From Cystobasidiomycetes sp. EMM_F5 (Eukaryota): a stretch of 64,000 nt of DNA. A model generated the notes under the pieces. The model made no database searches and was not told the DNA's origin. It worked only from the letters and a program-made list of their open reading frames with translations. Both the position numbers and the translations under genes were made by a program. Positions within the stretch are counted from its first letter, which is position 1. Each line of letters begins with the position of its first letter. This document shows positions 50,830 to 64,000 of this stretch, piece by piece. Where the stretch lies: assembly GCA_051047955.1 (NCBI GenBank), contig JBPGPT010000043.1:1-64000 (forward strand), read 5' to 3'.

Positions 50830-53096
50830 ATGGCCGATATTATTCATGCAGAGTCTGCAGCTACTCCAGTCTCGCCCGTCACTGCCAGCCATGAGCACGA
50901 CGTCTTCAGCCTCGTCCAGCGCGTCCGCAGCGAGATTGACGCGGTGGACTCAGTAGTCAGCTATGCGGAGCTGTGCGGCCAGGCGTTCGACTATGCTGTG
51001 GTCCGGCCAATGGTCTCGCAACTCGCAAAGACCCGTCATCCTGCCCTCCTCTTCTCCTTGTTGCTCGCGAGGAGCCACTATATTGAGCAGGCCGAGTGCG
51101 ACTTGGCCTTTCAGGGCGTCAACCAGACTCGAGCAGCTCTGAGCGAGTTGCTCGCAATCAAGTTGCTCGCATTGTGGCAGGTTCGGTCTTTCGAGCTAGC
51201 CACTATACTGACCCATACCTGGAACCCTTGGGCTGGTGCAACAGTCGCATCATTCGTACCGGGCTACTCGCCAGACAAGGCTCACTTGGCTGACCTACAC
51301 GCAGAGGGCGCTGAGCATGCTACCTCTGCAATTGATTTGGCAGTCCAGACTCAGGCCAAGCGCTTCGTACGCTGCCCGCCCGTACAGCAATTCATCAATG
51401 CGCTTTACAGCGGTCAGCTCCTCTACATCCCATCCGATGCAAAATCGATTGTCCGAGATACCTACAAGAGCGCTTCGGTCGAAGTTTTCGATGTATCCAC
51501 CCGCCCGATACTAGATCACTACGTTCTACGTGTCCCGAAAATCAGGCGGTTCATCGATTTTTGCACAATGGTTATCCTGGTGTCTTTATTCATGAGCGTG
51601 CAATTAGAGCGGGAGAGCATACGCGTTCAGCCCCTGGAGGCGTTGTTCGTGCTGTTTACCTTTGGCTTTGCATTGGACGAGCTTATAAGCGTGAAAGAGC
51701 GGGGTTTAAAGGTGTACACGCAGCAGATATGGAATATACTCGATATTGGTTTCCTCAGTGAGCAATGAGGCTTAGCAGAACCGGAAGAAAAGATTACTAA
51801 GCCTGCTGTACGCAGCAACCTTTTTGATATACTTTGTTGTGCGTTGCGTGGGGCTGGCTAAACGGGACCTGGCCTTGACCAAGATCGGATATGACATATT
51901 AGCGGTGCGTAAGACACTCACGCGCAGAATCGGCTCCTGAATGTGCGGCATACCAGCTGGGCGCTTGTCTGCTTTTCCCCCGATTGTGTGGTCTGCTGCT
52001 TCGAGACTCGTTCGTTCTGATTGGACTTCGCGCTATGCTCACCGACTTTGCTGCGTTCGTCGTATTCGCTGTGATTTGCTCCGTCGGATTTCTTCTGTCG
52101 TTCCACATTCTTGGCAATGGCCAACTTACCCTCGGCGAAATCTCCTGGCTTTTGGTCAAGGTCTTCCTTGGCAGCAGTTACCGTGGGTGGTCTCACGTCC
52201 GCGAGAATCTAGCCATCCTGACGTCCGAGTTCGCTGCCCTCAGTTGGCTTCGAGGTGGCTCCGATGTTCGGGCAGAATATAGGACCAGCTCTGATGCTAG
52301 TCTTTGCAATCTTCTCCAATACCTTGCTCTTGACAATCCTCATATCCATATTATCGAATACGTTCAGCACAATTCAATGGAATGCTGTAGATGAAGCACT
52401 GTTTCAAAAAGCCGTCAGCACCCTCGAGCTTGTCAAGGGAGATGCACTCTTCGAGCTGAGTACACCAACCAACCTGATAGCGTTGCCGATCCTGTGGCCA
52501 GCAAGCTACTTGATGTCATCAGTGAGTTCGACTTATCATCTTCTACAGCTGTAGTCGACTAATGTATGTCCGTGTAGCGTTCCTTCCATTCTTTCAACGT
52601 ATTGATGATCCGACTTTCACAATTCCCGATTCTCTTTGCCGTGCATGTGTATTATCGAGCAATGCGAAAACTACTACCATCAAGCGTGATTCTGCTCGAA
52701 TCGGACGGCAGCGAAGCATGGAAGCCAGTGTCTCAGCGCTTTGGTCGGTCTGTGGTCGGTGATCTCTTCAGTTATCGTGTAACGAAAGCTTGCAAGACGC
52801 TTCAAGCGGCGAACAGCGATACTCAGTTGCCATCTGCGCCAGTAGCAGTACGCGGATCTGGCGGGCAATCCGCTTTAGGCGTTCAGCCCACTTCGAGCCC
52901 AGGCACGTCTGTTCAGCCAATCTCACTCCTGACGCAGATCTTTGGCAAGGCTGGCGAGAAGGAGCACAAGACTGCGGCAGTCGTGCAAGCTACTGAAGAC
53001 CGCTTCGTGGAGCTGGAGAAGCAGCTGAATCGGATCGAGGATATGGTAACGAAGCTTTTGACTGGGGGTATCTCGTTAGATAATGATAGCAGGTAG
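50830..53096 (+). CDS. YVC1: Yvc1-like (TRPY) vacuolar cation channel; 4 introns
   Basis: SAIDLAVQTQAKRF..VQQFINALYSG, LRVPKIR, YTQQIWNILD, FPRL, pore region VFLGSSY-LGF, SNTLLLTILISILSNTF, TPTNLIAL. Confidence 0.85.
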
Positions 53097-53229
53097 TGGC
53101 AACTGTATCATATTGTTGTCATTTCAAACACCTTCGAAAACCCACTTTCCAGACGTCACGTGGGAGTCTTGCGACCATTCGTCTGTATGACCATTATTCT
53201 TGACTGACATCCAACCTACATTTACTGCA

Positions 53230-54405
53230 ATGGCATCGGCAAAGGTGGCAGTAATTGCTGGTGTCGGTTCGTCCCTAGTCTGCTAAGTTGTGGTCGCCCG
53301 GCCACTCGCTGACTAAATCACGAAAGGTCCTGGAACCGGTGCAGCGTTGGCTTTTCAGTTTGCAAAGAACGGTTACAGCGTTGCTCTGCTAGCTCGAAGA
53401 CTCGAGTCGCTCAAGCCGGTCGAGGAGTCGATTCGTCAAGACGGAGGTCAAGCAGCGTCATTTCCAACAGATGTGTCCGACGAGTCCAGTGTCAAGGAGA
53501 CATTCAAGAAGATCAGTGATACTCTGAAAGGCGATATTAATTGTGCAATCTTTAACGCTTCTGCTGGATTTGCCATGAAACCGTTTCTGGAATTAACAAC
53601 GGACGACTTCCAGAAGGCAAGCTTACCCTACTTCAAGGCGTATTTTCTCTAAAACTCTTCAGCTGACTCTCTACCGCTTGTCGCAGGCCTTAAGCGTCTC
53701 GGCGTGAGTGCTTTCATGTCACGTATGAGAACACGACACTTCGTGCTGACGAATCCATACTGACCGAATCGCAGAGTCGGAGCATTTATATTTGCGCAAG
53801 CCTCACTCGCAGCCATCACCAAGCATGGCAACGGAGGCTCCCTCTTCTTCACAGGAGCAACAGCTGCCATGAAAGGCGGGGCAAAGTTTGCCAGTTTCGC
53901 GTAAGTGTACAGTTGAATGCGGGGAACAGGGCTGAACGACTTCATACGCTTCCGCATATCGGCAGGCCGGCCAAGTAAGCATCCTTTGCGCAGACATTTC
54001 TTGCTTTTTAGGCTGATTGCCTGCAGATTCGCTACTCGAGCATTGTCGCAGTCGTTAGCGCGAGAGTTTGGTCCGCGAGGCATTCATGTCGCGCACATTA
54101 TTGTGGATGGTCAGTCCGAGTTACCTTCGCTGTATAAGTTACAAAACAAGAGAAGCTCATGAATTTCGCGATGCTGATAGGTATCATCGACACGCCCTCG
54201 GTTAACGAGAGATTTGGGCAAGCTGCCGAGGCTGGCACACGGCTAGAACCATCTGCTATCGCTCAAGCGTACCTGTATCTACACAACCAGGACAAAAGCT
54301 GCTGGACCCAAGAGGTTCGTCTCCATTCTGCTTTTTGCGCGGTGACTTTCTGACTAAGTTATCGGATGCCAGCTCGACTTGCGACCGGCTAAGGAGAAGT
54401 TTTGA
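53230..54405 (+). CDS. Short-chain dehydrogenase/reductase; about 7 introns
   Basis: VAVIAGVG-PGTGAALA, IFNAS, FFTGATAAMKG, FATRALSQSLAREFGPRGIHVAHIIVDG-IID, CWTQE-LDLRPAKEKF*. Confidence 0.9.
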
Positions 54406-54583
54406 GATGCGACGTGCCGTAGTGGATGACAGCAGCTTGCAGTACTTTCAGTCTCAAGGTAGTGCATTTACAGAATTTTGGGTGGCGCCCAAACTGGTTG
54501 AGCCACACCCTCTCACCCAGGGGTGGTGCACCCTGAGCCGTGTTTGTGTGTCTGGACAGTTCCATGTACCATAATTCCAAAAC

Positions 54584-57500
54584 ATGTACACATTTGTGCC
54601 GTCTCTGGGCTCCAAGCATGTCGTCCATGCTGGTGCGACCGACGTTGTCTTTGCAGCTTTCCCTGAGGACGCCGACGTCGGGCAAGTCGAGGTCTGGTCA
54701 AATATCGACGGCGGCTGGAACGCGCACACCCTCGAGGCTCAGTCTGGGGCCCTAGCTGGCGTACGGCTGTGTCGCATCCCGCTCAAGGCGTACCATAATG
54801 GCAGTGAGTGCAGTCCACGGTCCATTGTCATATTGTCCCTGACGCGTGACGATATTCTGACCTACAGCCGTTTTGGAATATACGTATCGCATCAGGCATG
54901 CGGACGGCAACATAGAATGGCTGGGCTCTGGTAACAATAACGGAATCATTGTCGAAGCCAGCGACGCCTTGCCAACGGAAGACGGCTTTGGCTCGCTTGC
55001 CGGTCACGATGACCGATGTCATATTGTCTCAACAGAAAATGCCAATGTCAAGCGTGTGGAGTATCCTCTTGACGGAGGCCAAGAGGGTTCTATCCAAAGC
55101 TTCTCCCTCGGCATGCCATCATCGTTCCTCAATGGTTTGACTATCGAAAGGACCAAGCCGACGTGGATGGAGACAAGACTTGTCGATGCGCCTTCCGGTT
55201 TATCATCCATTCACGACTCAGCTTTGTATCTTGTACAAACAGAAGAACAAGTATTGATATTCCTGCCCGTCTCACAACAATCCTCTGCTGCATCCATTAG
55301 GGGAGATGCCGACGGATCTGGCAGAATATGGCTGCGCACTCAGCGTGATGTGTCTGATGCAGATGCCAAGGCCTTCCTCATTATGGGACGATGTCAACCG
55401 TGGGACGTTGTTACAACTGTCGGGAAGTGCATCCTCGAAGCTGGACAGATCGTTACCGATCCTGCAACACGGCAAACCGAGGTGTCGCCAGGTGACTGGT
55501 CATTTGCAAAATCACACAAGGCTGTGTACTGTACCTGGAACAGCCTTGGACCAAAGTACACACTGTCAAAAGTGCTCGAGCGATTGCAATCCATCAAGGA
55601 TGCTGGCGTGCTGGATAATTACGATTCCATCCTCCTGGATGATGGATGGCAACACGTTTCGGAGCACAGACAGTTACACAGCTTTGACGTCTTACCTGGA
55701 TGGAACGATGTTACCGCTCCGTCAAACTCAAAAGCCGACAGCGAGCCGCTTCGGCGCATCGACTCTGGCATTGTACACAGTCGCGGAGTCTCAGGCGACG
55801 GGCTCGAATTACTGTCTCAAAACCTAAAACGTGCTATTGATACTATTACAAACCGCTTCCCCAACATTGCATCTGTCGGAGTGTGGATGACTCTGCAAGG
55901 CTACTGGAGTGGGCTGAATCCTGATTCAGAGCACATGCGGAAATACAATCCAAAAGCTGTACAACAGGCTCAGATTGGAGAGAGCCTCTTCTACGAATCT
56001 CCAACCGGAATCATACATCTTCCAGCTGTCGACAAGCTGGAATTGTTCTGGAGAGATTACTTCACTGTACTGAAACACGCAGGAGTTGCATATGTCAAGA
56101 TTGACAATCAGGCATCAGTCGAGGGCTATGTCGGCGAGGGTGCGGCCGAGTTGCGTACCAAGCTCGGTCAGAGTGCTCGAAGGATAGCCGCCGAGTTTTT
56201 CGGATCAGGCAGCCTCATCAATTGTATGGCCCACAGTCCACGTAACTATTGCGAGTTTATGTCAAGTCGGAGTGACCCGAACGACTGCTTAAGGTGCGCA
56301 TTCCATGCTTCGTGAAGAGAAAAGTTGCTGAGGCGAAGAACCGTGTAGAACAAGCGATGATTTCTTCCCTGACCTTCCCGATTCGCACCGCTTCCATATT
56401 GCTAATAATGCTACATCTGCATTAATGACGCGCTTCCTTCGTCTCACACCGGATTACGATATGTTCACCTCACATCACGAGCTGGCAGACTATCATGCCC
56501 GACTCCGTGCTTTCTCCGCAGCACCAATTTTCATTACCGATGACCATCAGCCGAATCTTCAGATATTCGACAAACTCGGAGGCAGAAATGCTCGAGGCGA
56601 ATATCAGCTCGTCAAGGCGGCAAACACGGAAGCTGTACGACTCGATGGCTCGACTTTCGACAACGTCACAGGTGCGGGACGAGGATCAGCTCTGAAGTTT
56701 GGATTACCCGTCCATGCCGTCGGTGGCGCTCTGATTGGCGCCTTCAACTGTCGTGCGGAGAAATGCAAGACAGCAGATTATATTACCGCTCAAGACGTTG
56801 CCGACTCGCTTTGTTCACTCGGGGCCAGCGTCTCTAGGTCTAGCTACATCCTCTACTCGCCCGAAAACGAGGAGTGTGTGCACTTGCAAGACTTCGATAT
56901 TGAAATGGAGAGGAGACGACAAGCTGTCACTAGCAGACCGCTTATGTCGCTGCTATTGGATGGTGAGAGCGCAACGACCTACGTCATTAGCGCTGTTGAA
57001 GCGTTTGAGGACGACCAGGTAGCCGTTCTTGGATTGATAGACAAGTATGGACCGCTCAATGCCATTACAAGCGTTCAGATACAAAGAGAGACGCTAGAGC
57101 CAGTAGGATTATCGTTGGCATCTGATGCCGAAGCCGAAGCTCCCCAGGAACGTCTCCCTGCGACGGATGCAATGGCTACAATTCGCGCGAATGGAGATAA
57201 GGCAGACGTGACCACTTCCCTAACTCGCGAGAATGGGCACTCCTGTCTCCCTCAGGATCATGAAGATCTACACCCCTCGGAGGACAACGAAGATGACTAT
57301 GAGAGCCAAGATGAGCGCGAAAGTGTCGCCACAAGCGAATTTCAGGTTGTGCAGCGTCGCGAAAGATTTGGCCTAGCTCGCTCAAGGTGGTGGAGCCTTC
57401 TTTTCTTTTGGCGAGCCAGCTTACAGAATGTACGCGCCTCTTTACGACACGACCTTTGGCAAGCTCCTTTCGTTACAATATTGCGCGAGCTGAAGGCAAT

Positions 57501-58035
57501 GTTTGGCGGGCCCGCCACGCTCAATGAGGACGAGAATCACGATTCCGACGAAGTGCACAGTCAGTCTCAAGGCCTGGCCGAATCTGAAGCTGGTCAGGGG
57601 AATGTGGACGTTGTTGCAGCAGAGGAAGTGGAGCTCGGCGAGCAGCCCGCTGTCATCGATGCTGCTCAGAACTACCAGGCGATTGACCAGCCTGGCGCGG
57701 CCGTCGTGAATGGAAAACCCCCTACACTTGAAAATCAGTCTATGCCCTCAGAGACAGCCACAAACGCGTCAGCCGCTCCATACCAGTCTGCCATACCTCC
57801 TCCGGAAGTCTTGGTAATCCAATGTAAGACTACAGGCAAGCTCGCCGTCTGGCTCGACAGCGGGCGCTTTGAAGATTTCGGCTGGTCCGTCGGTGGCAGA
57901 GACGTCGACCAAAAAGACATTACTGTGCAAGGCAATATCGCGATACTGAATCTCGACTTTGAAAAGGCAGCAGCAATTCCTTCGACGGAGGAGGGCCCCC
58001 ACTGGACCGTCTGCATCTTCAAGCGGCGACCCTGA
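54584..58035 (+). CDS. Glycoside hydrolase family 36, raffinose synthase/Sip1-type alpha-galactosidase; 2 introns
   Basis: YCTWNS, ILLDDGWQ, VGVWMTLQGYWSG, YVKIDNQ (nucleophile), INCMAH, RTSDDFFP (acid/base), PDYDMF..HARLRA. Confidence 0.88.
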
Positions 58036-58266
58036 ATACCAATGTGACGCGTATATAACCTTGTAATGTTTCTGACGCCAATCATACATGCTACTTCCTT
58101 GTTGTGTCAATGAACCATGGAGACTCGTGCAAGCATACCTGTTTACTGCTGCGAATGATATTTCGCCGTCCTTTACGTCGCCGTTGCTCGCTTTTGCTCA
58201 AGCCATTTCGAAGACTCTGGCCGGGCGCTCTGTGACGGACAGCTGGGCAACGCAGTGCTCGCCAGT

Positions 58267-63615
<5,349 letters not shown>

Positions 63616-64000
63616 TGTCTAGGGACATTTCCGAGTAGGTTTTATGTATCTTAGCGACACTTTTGCGTATTCGTTTTCTGCAAGCATCGAAATGCATTGT
63701 AATATGTTGAAAAGCTACTTCCACTGCCTGCCATCGTGAACATTGGCGACTCCCAAAAGCCTAACGACGTTCACACTGCTGCACGCTATTTTGCCTGTGC
63801 AAATTGCCGATCTTTGCCGGCCAGCTTGTTTTATGCTTCTCGTCATACTATTTGCTTGTTTTGAGTGAGCGGCTGCTGACATCTTGACGCCGTCCGCTCG
63901 TCTCCACCTCATGTACTACAGTACGTGAACCGCAAAGGGGGCAGTTGCGAATGCCTGAAGCACTTCTCGAGGCCTCTGAAAGCGTTGGCAGCGTATGCAA

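Noticed and set aside
53150..53166. gacgtcacgtg (CRE/E-box-like) upstream of the SDR
   Set aside because: Single short motif expected by chance; no supporting evidence
56250..56350. Possible further GC donor (gcgagt) in the GH36 gene
   Set aside because: A canonical GT donor about 40 nt downstream (TTAAG|gtgcgc) restores LRTSDDFFP in frame
63715..63912. 65-aa minus-strand ORF at the window end
   Set aside because: No recognisable similarity; cannot be assessed without flanking sequence

Overview
Gene-dense, intron-rich eukaryotic DNA from a fungus, very probably a basidiomycete yeast (inferred from short 50-150 nt introns, GTRAGT/GTACGT donors, CTRAC branch points and a Fuz7-like MAPKK). 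I reconstructed 26 protein-coding genes by hand-splicing; most exon boundaries are approximate. Recognisable genes: the 3' end of a sugar porter, a Ste7/Fuz7 MAPKK, RNR1, a SAM methyltransferase, YTM1, a DUF1776-like protein, SRC1/HEH1, COA8/APOPT1, RIC1, a Mto1/ApsB CM1-domain protein, a SUR7/PalI protein, WW-, ARID- and Est1/SMG7-like proteins, a YVC1-like TRP channel, an SDR, a GH36 Sip1-type enzyme and a YCF1-like ABCC transporter. No rRNA, tRNA, transposon or CRISPR was recognised. The most unusual block is 21.6-26.8 kb: two small intronless paralogous ORFs ending in Ras-like Cys+CAAX lipidation tails, transcribed divergently from two secreted expansin/RlpA-like (DPBB) paralogs with micro-exons and Trp-Thr-Pro repeats. 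Also notable: five apparent GC-AG introns, a tandem START-domain pair only 92 bp head-to-head with the TRP channel, and a large unannotated protein with one compact folded-looking domain.
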